DNA of 64,000 bases from positions 62,001-126,000 of the forward strand of contig CDRNVI010000044.1 in the NCBI GenBank assembly GCA_977017575.1, read 5' to 3'. This document shows, piece after piece, positions 11,231 through 19,788 of the stretch. The DNA comes from Paramoeba atlantica (taxonomy: Eukaryota > Protista > Discosea). The notes beneath the pieces are model-generated. The model saw only the letters and a list, made by a program, of their open reading frames with translations, did not search any database and had not been told where the DNA came from. The first letter of the stretch is position 1. The number at the start of each line of letters is the position of its first letter. Made by a program: the position numbers and the translations under genes.

Positions 11231-12187
11231 TTAACAAAGGAAATACAGTCTTGAATTTATAATCACCATAGCAAACGTCATATTCGTCTGTATACACATG
11301 GGGTTACATCTGGGGGGTGTATATATCAAATCAGTTGAATTCTCACAACAGGTACAATGCCCCTCGGCCATCACACAATAGATAAACTGGTATAACGTAA
11401 ATAATTTATTCGCCCAATTCTCTCCGTAAACTATGAGGGCTTGCTCTGCTGTATCTTCCATCATGCTTTGCAAGTCTTCCTTGTCGCTCCCAAATAGGAG
11501 CAAATCGTCAGCATAATTCAGATCAGTGAGCCGCGTTTCCCGTAACCCTCTGCTCCTCGTACCCTTGGATGATAATAAGATGCCGTGGGGTTTTGAATCT
11601 ATTGCCTTAAATAATATTCGATCCAGGACCATAACAAAGAGGTACGGTGCGAGAACGTCGCCCTGTAGAATTCCTGTCGTGATGGGGAAAGCTTCCGTTA
11701 GCCCATACGGTGTACGAACGACGCCTCTCATATTGCGATAGACCGACATAATCATTTCTACTAACTTGGGGCCAATGTGGAATGCTACCAGAGATGCCCT
11801 GATAGCATCAAACGAAACAGATGGAAAAGCCTTTGCAAAATCCACGAAACCAATGTTGAGCCCATTTTCCCGCAAAGCTTTAACTCTTGCTTCGTTGAGA
11901 ATCGCCTGGGCTTGAGTTGTTGAGCGATCTGGTCGAAACCCATATTGATTCTCGCGAAGCACGGGCTCCACATAAGGTCTCATTCGTTGCAAGATTAAAC
12001 TGTTCATTAGTTTGACGATGCAATTCACTAAGCAAATAGGTCGCCAGTTCTTAAGAAGACTCAAATCACCCTTTTTTGGTATAGGAACTTGTAAGACATC
12101 ACCCCAAACATCCGGAGCCATCCCGGTATCGTGAACTCTGTTTATGACACATAGCAGCCAATCTCGAAGTAACTCGTTACCAGACAA
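11231..12187 (-). CDS. Reverse transcriptase of an APE-type (RTE-like) LINE, 3'-truncated
   Basis: PIPKKGDL..NWRPICL, QYGFRPDRST, FVDFAKAFPSV, GILQGDVLAPYLF and YADDLLL. Confidence 0.9.
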   Translation of the reverse strand: MSGNELLRDWLLCVINRVHDTGMAPDVWGDVLQVPIPKKGDLSLLKNWRPICLVNCIVKLMNSLILQRMRPYVEPVLRENQYGFRPDRSTTQAQAILNEARVKALRENGLNIGFVDFAKAFPSVSFDAIRASLVAFHIGPKLVEMIMSVYRNMRGVVRTPYGLTEAFPITTGILQGDVLAPYLFVMVLDRILFKAIDSKPHGILLSSKGTRSRGLRETRLTDLNYADDLLLFGSDKEDLQSMMEDTAEQALIVYGENWANKLFTLYQFIYCVMAEGHCTCCENSTDLIYTPPRCNPMCIQTNMTFAMVIINSRLYFLC

Positions 12188-12487
12188 GTCACTTGTATGT
12201 GAGAAATGTTCACCTTCCCCCCTTCTCTCAATTTACGAAGAGAAATCTACACCTACAACAGACGAACAGCAACCCAACTATCCAAGAACTATCCATTAAG
12301 ATTTTCTTTTTCTTTTTCTTTTTCTCTTTATGATGATGAAATATGGACTTTATATATTTTGTTTTGTAATTTTATCGCTTCAATGGAAGTTTGCAGCTCG
12401 GGTGGCGAGGTGCGCTAAGCCCCAACGCTTCTACTCTAAACCAACAGCCTAAACTACTGATTTACACTAGAAGCGCCCCTGGCCAAC
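12184..12487. mobile_element. 304-bp insertion splitting the LINE ORF, with a 7-bp TSD (TTACCAG)
   Basis: TSD at 12177-12183 and 12488-12494. Removing the insert restores ...CIAGNELLR... in frame. No TIR is seen. Confidence 0.75.
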
Positions 12488-14391
12488 TTACCAGCTATGC
12501 ATTTCAAGGCTTCCATTGGGATTTCGTCTTTTCCTGGCGATTTTCCTTTACCAAAGTGTGAGATGCCAATTTGAAGCTCATCTTCCGTAAAAGTGGAGTC
12601 GTTAATCGTGTTAGGGGATGGTTTGGCCTCAGGAAATTTTATATTCGTGTCCCCCCCGGCGTCTCCCGCACAGGCTTCGAAGAATGATTTGATTTCCGCC
12701 AGCTTTTGTTTATTACAGGTCCCTGAAATCTTAAAATCGGCGCGATGAACTCCACATATTTCTTTCAGAGCTCTCCATGGGCTGGCATGATTCTTCTTTA
12801 GTTTATTTTCCAGGACATCACATGATTTGGCTATTGCTTCCTCTATTGGCACCTGTGTTTGTAAAACCAATTCATTGAAGTCCTTGTGTTTTCTGCTTAG
12901 CTCAAAGATTCTGCGCAAATAACCAGTTTCGGTTCCTTCGAGCGTTTCCATTGGCGAATCGATTTCAAGAGATATTTTGTTTTGTGGTTTCGGAATTTCC
13001 CTGCCAGACGATCGAAGGCAAGAGGCAAGAAGATCCCAGGAAGGGAAATCCTTGTTGTGCAGTTCGCCTTTGACATGATCGCAGATTCGTTTGTTAAATT
13101 TTTCACTATGTTCTGGGTTAGAAAGTTGAAGCCAGGGAATCTTATTTCTGTGGGTATTTGTGGAAACTTTCCATTTGATCTTGATCTCGGCTCTCACCAG
13201 AAAGTGTACAGTTGGTGTTGGTGCGCCAAAAACTTGATGTTTATGTAGGGCAGACGCAAAGCGCGAACACACTGCAATGTGATCGAGCTGTCGCTTAGCA
13301 TCGTTCGGCAGTATACATGTATATTTACGGCGGCTTGGGCATAAGATGTGCCCCGATTTACAATTTATTCCTTCTAAAAGGCCTTCTAATCTTTCCATTG
13401 ATAGCGCGTCCTCTTCTGTCTTATTTTTAAAAGTGAGCGGTGCATTCAAATCTCCAAGGAGAAGAGCTGGCCGTCGTGAATATTTACCAACTGCGTCATG
13501 AAACGCAGTGGTGAGAGAAATGTCAAACTCTTCCATTGCATCTTGTGAAGAATCGCGCGTCGGCCCATATACATTCATGATAAAGGCCGACCCCCCTTCT
13601 ATAGTAAACTCGGCCCCCATGATCCTGTCACTCACCTTCCAAACCTTCAAAAACGGATGCTGAGAGATAAACCCCATACCGTTGTACCCATTCACCGCCG
13701 ACAAAAGGTAGATGAAAAAGTGTTTATCTCCGTACCGTAGTTGCCTGCGCAAAATGTCAGACCCACCGCTAGAAGTAAAAGAGAATCTTGTTTCCTGTAA
13801 AGCCAGAACATGCAAATCTTTCTGAGCCATATATCGCAATGTTTCATGTAATCGGGAGGATGCTTTCAGTCTGAAAACGTCGTCGCCCTTAAGTTTCAAC
13901 GAAGTCGTGTTAAGAGTTCCTATAGATAAATACTTCCTCACAGCAGACCCTTCAGGGTCGTTGTCGCGAAGAGCATGCTTGCCACACAGTGCCCTATTTT
14001 TACGTACTTTCTTTCGGGTATTCGAACGTCGAGGTTTCCGAATTCGCACCCCACACAGCACTATACGTGGGTCATACGGCGGGAAAGGAAGCGTTTCCGA
14101 TCGCCGGTAGTATTTCACCCGCCAGCGACCTAGCTGAAAGAGAGACCCATAACCTCTCTGTGTAACATCCCCCCTCCAAACCCGATACTTCGCAGCCCCC
14201 GCATATCGCCAGCACAGCGTGATGCAGTCGCCAGGACGAAGAATTTTACATATTCTCATCACAGTACGCAGGCGAAGTTTAGCATGTCCATCAAAATCCA
14301 AAGTTGGTTCAAAAAGGACACCCCGACCTAACGTGGACCGTACTAGAAGATTCACTATACTCTTCTCGCAAGGCCCGGACGCCTTCGCCAT
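12454..14391 (-). CDS. N-terminal domain + AP endonuclease of the same RTE-like LINE
   Basis: IGTLNTTSL, LALQETR, NVYGPT, LLGDLNA, QLDHI and the pre-RT motif KSPGKDEIPME. Confidence 0.9.
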   Translation of the reverse strand: MAKASGPCEKSIVNLLVRSTLGRGVLFEPTLDFDGHAKLRLRTVMRICKILRPGDCITLCWRYAGAAKYRVWRGDVTQRGYGSLFQLGRWRVKYYRRSETLPFPPYDPRIVLCGVRIRKPRRSNTRKKVRKNRALCGKHALRDNDPEGSAVRKYLSIGTLNTTSLKLKGDDVFRLKASSRLHETLRYMAQKDLHVLALQETRFSFTSSGGSDILRRQLRYGDKHFFIYLLSAVNGYNGMGFISQHPFLKVWKVSDRIMGAEFTIEGGSAFIMNVYGPTRDSSQDAMEEFDISLTTAFHDAVGKYSRRPALLLGDLNAPLTFKNKTEEDALSMERLEGLLEGINCKSGHILCPSRRKYTCILPNDAKRQLDHIAVCSRFASALHKHQVFGAPTPTVHFLVRAEIKIKWKVSTNTHRNKIPWLQLSNPEHSEKFNKRICDHVKGELHNKDFPSWDLLASCLRSSGREIPKPQNKISLEIDSPMETLEGTETGYLRRIFELSRKHKDFNELVLQTQVPIEEAIAKSCDVLENKLKKNHASPWRALKEICGVHRADFKISGTCNKQKLAEIKSFFEACAGDAGGDTNIKFPEAKPSPNTINDSTFTEDELQIGISHFGKGKSPGKDEIPMEALKCIAGKLARGASSVNQ

Positions 14392-14405
14392 AATTTTGAA
14401 GAATA

Positions 14406-15281
14406 TTCAAAAAAAACAAAGGTCTTCAAAAAAAACAAAGGTCTTCAAAAAAACAAAGGTCTTCAAAAAAACAAAGGTCTTCAAAAAAACAAGGGTCTTC
14501 AAAAACACAAAGGTCTTCAAAAAAACAAAGGTCTTCAAAAAAACAAAGGTCTTCAAAAAAACAAAGGTCTTCAAAAAAACAAAGGTCTTCAAAAAAACAA
14601 AGGTCTTCAAAAAAACAAAGGTCTTCAAAAAAACAAAGGTCTTCAAAAAAACAAAGGTCTTCAAAAAAACAAAGGTCTTCAAAAAAACAAAGGTCTTCAA
14701 AAAAACAAAGGTCTTCAAAAAAACAAAGGTCTTCAAAAAAACAAAGGTCTTCAAAAAAACAAAGGTCTTCAAAAAAACAAAGGTCTTCAAAAAAACAAAG
14801 GTCTTCAAAAAAACAAAGGTCTTCAAAAAAACAAAGGTCTTCAAAAAAACAAAGGTCTTCAAAAAAACAAAGGTCTTCAAAAAAACAAAGGTCTTCAAAA
14901 AAACAAAGGTCTTCAAAAAAACAAAGGTCTTCAAAAAAACAAAGGTCTTCAAAAAAACAAAGGTCTTCAAAAAAACAAAGGTCTTCAAAAAAACAAAGGT
15001 CTTCAAAAAAACAAAGGTCTTCAAAAAAACAAAGGTCTTCAAAAAACAAAGGTCTTCAAAAAAACAAAGGTCTTCAAAAAAACAAAGGTCTTCAAAAAAA
15101 CAAAGGTCTTCAAAAAAACAAAGGTCTTCAAAAAAACAAAGGTCTTCAAAAAAACAAAGGTCTTCAAAAAAACAAAGGTCTTCAAAAAAACAAAGGTCTT
15201 CAAAAAAACAAAGGTCTTCAAAAAAACAAAGGTCTTCAAAAAAACAAAGGTCTTCAAAAAACAAGAGGTGTTCAAAAAACA
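14406..15281. repeat. 18-bp minisatellite array (CAAAAAAACAAAGGTCTT), roughly 47 copies
   Basis: Near-perfect tandem array with two 17-bp units, two point variants and a degenerate last unit. Confidence 0.97.
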
Positions 15282-15525
15282 ACTCGTGCGAGAAGCTATA
15301 CAGCGGAAAAATGAAACATACGTCAATAGTGGCATGATTCCGGCGGAAGCTTTTGAGTGCCTTCCTGTCTTGTCCTGCGGGTCTTTACATAAGAGCACAC
15401 GGGGCCTAATTAAATCACTGACGGATGTCTGCCTGTTGGATACCCAAAAAACCGAACAGGCATTCAAGTTGCTACTCCAAGAGCTGAACGGATCCGAAGT
15501 ATACGCACAGCTCCGAGATTGCTAA
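15268..15525 (+). pseudogene. CRE-like C-terminal fragment
   Basis: REAIQRKNETYVNSGMIPAEAFECLPVLSCGSLH..ELNGSEVYAQLR. Confidence 0.85.
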
Positions 15526-15529
15526 TTTG

Positions 15530-15633
15530 ATTGCTTGTTTTCAACTCGTATACCCCCCCAATGGACCTACTTGGTTCGTCTACTGGGTCAAAATATAGAG
15601 GCAATGCCGCGATTCATACTTCTCCCCCCTTAT
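15530..15633 (+). repeat. ~125-bp dispersed unit, copy 2, interrupted by the YR element (remainder TAACTGC at 20697)
   Basis: Matches 20712-20830. The uninterrupted copies read CCCC(T)TATTAATTGC. Confidence 0.85.
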
Positions 15634-15832
15634 ATAAGTTTACGATATGAAATTTAGGAGACTTTATATTGTGCGTTGATATGTATATGGTGCCCCGAAA
15701 GGGGTCTAAACTATGTCTTCAAATTCCACCCCGAAATGGGTCTAAACTATTTATTTGTATACCAGGGACAGAATGTAATTATGAAATATATATTAGTGAC
15801 ATTTCCTCCTTTAAAACATCAAAAACGTTTTC

Positions 15833-16867
15833 ATGGCAGGTATTTTAAATACCGTGCGCCGAACACTCTCCATGGGCCGGCAGGATAGTCCACCTCCTCG
15901 TGACCCGCATGAACCTGTCAGTCCAACCTTCCAGCAAACCGGAGAGCAGCGACACACGCTAAACCCGGAGCAGGTGGCGGCCTTGCTTCGCGGCGGCGAT
16001 GGCGCGGAAGCCATGACAGAGGAAGTTAAGCTGCAATTTGCGGCTAAAGTAAAGTCCCTCCTTGAGCGGGGATATGAAGTTTCTGTTGAGGCGGTATGGG
16101 GGCATATCGGCGAAACACACCGTCAAACAGTTATCGGCGTGATTGCTCTCAAAGGGGATGGATCAGGAAATTTGGAAGCCAAATGGGCCGACGAGCCGGG
16201 TATGGCTTACGATTTCCCCTTTCCGGACATTAACTATTTTTCGTTAGAAATTACCAGCGTCCGTGCGGTTATGCCCGGGGGTAGGAAGACTGACGAGACT
16301 CCGCCCACATCCAAGATTATCACCGACCCAGCGAAATTCACCACCTACGAGCCTTTGACGTGGGGTCCTTGGCTGGAATCCGAAGATGAACTCCGTGTAC
16401 GTGACCTCATTCGCGATCTTCGAGCCGCGCCGGAATTTGGTTTGTTGTTCAACTCGCCCCCGATACGAGAGCGGCTGTTTAAGATAATCCAGGAGTGGGT
16501 GTATGCAGCCCGTGTGTTCCCTATGTGGCGCGAAGAACACTTCTTGGCGATCGTCCAAACAGCTATAGAGGAGCTTCGAAACCACTACTGGTCCTCCCAG
16601 GGTATTCCTATTGAAAACTTGCAGTTAAAGCTGCACAAAGAGGACGAAACCAAAGATGCATATTCCAAGGTTGTCGCAGATGAGAAACTTCGCCAGTTGC
16701 GCACCACTAAGATGACTAAACCCGGTTTACTATGTTATAAGTGCCATAAGCCCGGTCATTTCCGTGCACAGTGTCCTATCCTCAATCAGCCGGTACAACG
16801 TACAAACACTTCGGGTTTTCGTTTGGGGGTGACGGGCGGCACCGCTGGTGCGAAGCGGGGCCAATAG
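15833..16867 (+). CDS. gag-like protein with CCHC zinc knuckle
   Basis: CYKCHKPGHFRAQC. The segment YEPLTWGPW..RDLIRDLRAAPEFGL is shared with the copy 2 gag. Confidence 0.85.
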   Translation: MAGILNTVRRTLSMGRQDSPPPRDPHEPVSPTFQQTGEQRHTLNPEQVAALLRGGDGAEAMTEEVKLQFAAKVKSLLERGYEVSVEAVWGHIGETHRQTVIGVIALKGDGSGNLEAKWADEPGMAYDFPFPDINYFSLEITSVRAVMPGGRKTDETPPTSKIITDPAKFTTYEPLTWGPWLESEDELRVRDLIRDLRAAPEFGLLFNSPPIRERLFKIIQEWVYAARVFPMWREEHFLAIVQTAIEELRNHYWSSQGIPIENLQLKLHKEDETKDAYSKVVADEKLRQLRTTKMTKPGLLCYKCHKPGHFRAQCPILNQPVQRTNTSGFRLGVTGGTAGAKRGQ

Positions 16868-19623
16868 GGAAGGCCCCCCACCCCTTACATCGCTCGTGCC
16901 CTACCGCTGCTCAAGCGCGGGGTGAATACACCAGGACTCGCTCGTGCCCGTCCGCTGAAAAAGCGGCGGGTGAACTTATCAAGCATTTCTTCGCCTTTAT
17001 CCAAGCTTATAGTTCCATCACATGCAAGTGTTGCGTTCCCTCCTCAGGGGTTCACAAAACAATTACCTCAAAAGCGTCCCAAGCCCGTACCCCACGCTCC
17101 AAAACCAGAACACAAGGAAGCATTCGCAAAGCGAAAATTAACATGTACAATGCTAAACATACATCAGCAAAGCGCGATAGTGGAACGGGTGTGGCGCGCA
17201 ATCGAACCAATGTGGACGACCACCACGTGGATGACACGCAGTCGTCTGTGGGACCGCCTCGCCAGCTTTTGCACGGCAGAAATGCTCGGCATCGAACCAA
17301 TCAACGCCGTCGTATTTCTAAATCAATTGCACCTCGCACCGGCGACCATTCTCGCATACACCAGGAGTCTTCAAGCAATTTTCAATCTCGCCAAGATGCC
17401 CACGGGTCCACTACAGCTTTACGCAAAAGCACTACAGGCCAGGGGAGCATTAGAGCCAACCAGACAAATGACACCAGCAACACCATGGCACATTCAAAAG
17501 CTCAGATCCGTCCTGAGACCAAGAGACTCAATGGCGGTGCTCATATGTTGGAAGGCTGTCGCTCGGTGGACCGAAGTCGCGGACCTCACCAAGGACCGAT
17601 TCGTCAAGTACAATCCAGAGGAAGTAATCGTGTACTGGGGAAGGAACACGAAGACGACAAGGCTAAACCCATATCGAATCTCCATGTGTACGACAATACG
17701 CGGTCAAGGAACTCCGGAAATAGCTCGATACGTGGGCAGTATGATAGCAGGTCAAAGGATAAGTATCACAACAGTACACGAGATGGACCGTGCAATACGC
17801 AAGATTCTGGGACAGAATTTCGGGACTCACTCAATAAAAAGGGGGGCAGTGACACACCTATTCCGGGAAATCGCTCTAGGAAAGGCAACAATCGCCGACG
17901 TGCAAACTATCGCAAAGCATCAGAGCATAAACTCCCTCTTACGGTACAACGCCGACTTGGTCACGACGGCGAAGGCCCTTGGTACGCATCGAGCTTCGGC
18001 CCTCCTACCGCTCCAATAACCCAAAAGGAGGTTGATAAATGCCTCGAACAGGTGCCCCATGTTAAACGATATAGTATACTATGTGCTCGACGGTCGTCTC
18101 GTTTGGCACAGGCTAAAGATATGCATTACCCTTTGCATGTGAAGAGCGGAATTCCAAGTATGGACCTAGATAAACTCAAAGAATGGATGCGTCACGACAC
18201 GCGGTATCGTTTTAACGAGGTTCTCAACAAATTATTTTGCACTCGAATTTCCCCTCAACCGCAGCCCCCAATCAAGGGAAACCTGCTACCCTCTGATATT
18301 ACTGAATTATTAGAGGCCAATGTAATTGAAAGAGTAACCCAGGACGCGGCGCAAAAGGCGCCGACCATACAGTATCTCGTTCCCTTCACAGTAGTCGAAG
18401 CGGATGAGGGAGGACAATTCCGACGCAGATTTATTTCATGGACGCTCGACGATAATGAGCGCCTTAAGGACTACAAACCAGCCGTACCTCTCCTCCACCC
18501 TTCCAAATATTTGCATCGCGCTGAAGCGGAGGTCGGGGTTAAAAGGGACCTGAAGTGTGGATTTTACCAAGTCCCGGTTCCAACGAAGGTCCGTGCGAAG
18601 TTTCGATTTCGCGGTGGAGATGGTAATCTCTACCAAATGAAGGTTATGCCTATGGGGCATCGATGTGCCCCGGAAATCATGCAGGTTATAACTTCTGTTT
18701 TGGCCGGAGATCCGGCGGTATGTAAGCCGGGAGCTACGTTTGCCGACAGTGGCATCGACGTGTACGTCGACGGGGTTCGATATGCAGCGAATGAACAACA
18801 GGCCAGCGAATATGCGCAAAAAATTGATTCGCGATGCAAGGCAGCCAATGGCCTATTCAAGGAGGACGGATCTCCCCCGGAGACACAGTACGTATTTAAT
18901 GGAGTTAAATACGATCACACAGTACATAGGGTTAGCCTGGGACCCCGTGTACTAGCCAAACTGAAGCGCGATCGATTCGGTACAATCACATATGCCCAAT
19001 TGGAGACGGCGGTGGGGCGTCTCCTCTACGCTTCAGCGGTACTCGGTTACGTTATTCCTCGTTTTCACTTCACACTCAAGATAGCGAGACGCAGAATCAA
19101 TCTACTCAATCGTAATTTACACCTCGCGGATGACCCGGTTCCCCTCCCGAAACATACGCGGTGCATTTTGGCATCTTGGAGAGATGAACTTTTGACGAAT
19201 ACGCCGATCGAGCCCCCACCGCACCCGGATGTTGTGCCCCATAAACATAGTCTCTACACGGATGCCTCTGGCAAGGGATGGGGTGCGGTACTTTATCTTG
19301 ATGATGGACAAGTTCATATTACAGGGGATTCTTGGCCAAGAGAATTTTGCTATGAAGTTAACCATGCCGAAGCCATGGCCGTTACTAATGCCATGAGGGA
19401 TTTCGGACATCATTTTCAAAAAGGAACGTGTTTAGATCTGTTCATTGATAACACATCCTGCCAAGGCGCTATTAACCGACGGGTTGCTAACTCCGACAAT
19501 ATAGCAAAGGAGTTAAAGAAAGTTTTAGAAATGAATCAGCTAGCAGGCATCTGCATCAAGGCGCAGTATATCCGCTCCGAGCACAACCCGGCAGATCCTG
19601 TAAGTCGTTTAGACAGACACTGA
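16771..19623 (+). CDS. RT-RNase H ORF; the N-terminal ~400 codons overlap the YR gene in another frame (true start uncertain)
   Basis: KRDLKCGFYQ, MPMGH, VYVDGV, LYTDASGKGWGAV, AEAMAV, IDNTS and NPADPVSR. Confidence 0.88.
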   Translation: MSYPQSAGTTYKHFGFSFGGDGRHRWCEAGPIGKAPHPLHRSCPTAAQARGEYTRTRSCPSAEKAAGELIKHFFAFIQAYSSITCKCCVPSSGVHKTITSKASQARTPRSKTRTQGSIRKAKINMYNAKHTSAKRDSGTGVARNRTNVDDHHVDDTQSSVGPPRQLLHGRNARHRTNQRRRISKSIAPRTGDHSRIHQESSSNFQSRQDAHGSTTALRKSTTGQGSIRANQTNDTSNTMAHSKAQIRPETKRLNGGAHMLEGCRSVDRSRGPHQGPIRQVQSRGSNRVLGKEHEDDKAKPISNLHVYDNTRSRNSGNSSIRGQYDSRSKDKYHNSTRDGPCNTQDSGTEFRDSLNKKGGSDTPIPGNRSRKGNNRRRANYRKASEHKLPLTVQRRLGHDGEGPWYASSFGPPTAPITQKEVDKCLEQVPHVKRYSILCARRSSRLAQAKDMHYPLHVKSGIPSMDLDKLKEWMRHDTRYRFNEVLNKLFCTRISPQPQPPIKGNLLPSDITELLEANVIERVTQDAAQKAPTIQYLVPFTVVEADEGGQFRRRFISWTLDDNERLKDYKPAVPLLHPSKYLHRAEAEVGVKRDLKCGFYQVPVPTKVRAKFRFRGGDGNLYQMKVMPMGHRCAPEIMQVITSVLAGDPAVCKPGATFADSGIDVYVDGVRYAANEQQASEYAQKIDSRCKAANGLFKEDGSPPETQYVFNGVKYDHTVHRVSLGPRVLAKLKRDRFGTITYAQLETAVGRLLYASAVLGYVIPRFHFTLKIARRRINLLNRNLHLADDPVPLPKHTRCILASWRDELLTNTPIEPPPHPDVVPHKHSLYTDASGKGWGAVLYLDDGQVHITGDSWPREFCYEVNHAEAMAVTNAMRDFGHHFQKGTCLDLFIDNTSCQGAINRRVANSDNIAKELKKVLEMNQLAGICIKAQYIRSEHNPADPVSRLDRH
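16922..18019 (+). CDS. Tyrosine recombinase
   Basis: Catalytic R (CWKAVARW), HxxR (HSIKR), H (AKHQ) and Y (LLRYN). Confidence 0.9.
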   Translation: MNTPGLARARPLKKRRVNLSSISSPLSKLIVPSHASVAFPPQGFTKQLPQKRPKPVPHAPKPEHKEAFAKRKLTCTMLNIHQQSAIVERVWRAIEPMWTTTTWMTRSRLWDRLASFCTAEMLGIEPINAVVFLNQLHLAPATILAYTRSLQAIFNLAKMPTGPLQLYAKALQARGALEPTRQMTPATPWHIQKLRSVLRPRDSMAVLICWKAVARWTEVADLTKDRFVKYNPEEVIVYWGRNTKTTRLNPYRISMCTTIRGQGTPEIARYVGSMIAGQRISITTVHEMDRAIRKILGQNFGTHSIKRGAVTHLFREIALGKATIADVQTIAKHQSINSLLRYNADLVTTAKALGTHRASALLPLQ

Positions 19624-19728
19624 ACTTATATAAAGGGTACTTTGTTAGCCGCCACTAACGATCTATTCTACATCATAATAGTTAGTTTCAACTTTATATA
19701 GAATCATCAAAAAAAAAAAAAAAAAAAA

Positions 19729-19788
19729 GCTGAGAGGTGAGAAGTTGTGTGATTGGGAGGGTTACTTTGTTTTCTTTGGTTATAGTCA
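19729..19788 (+). repeat. Conserved 60-bp motif in the 3' region of YR elements (second copy at 56108-56166)
   Basis: GCTGAGAGGTGAGAAGTTGTGTGAT..GGTTACTTTGTTTTCTTTGGTTATAGTCA is almost identical in both. Here it is bracketed by two long poly-A runs. Confidence 0.85.

Noticed and set aside
14219-15467. Long ORFs of KKTKVF / FFEDLC / FLKTFV repeats, or a CRISPR-like array
   Set aside because: They are translations of a stop-free 18-bp tandem repeat. There are no unique spacers and no cas genes.
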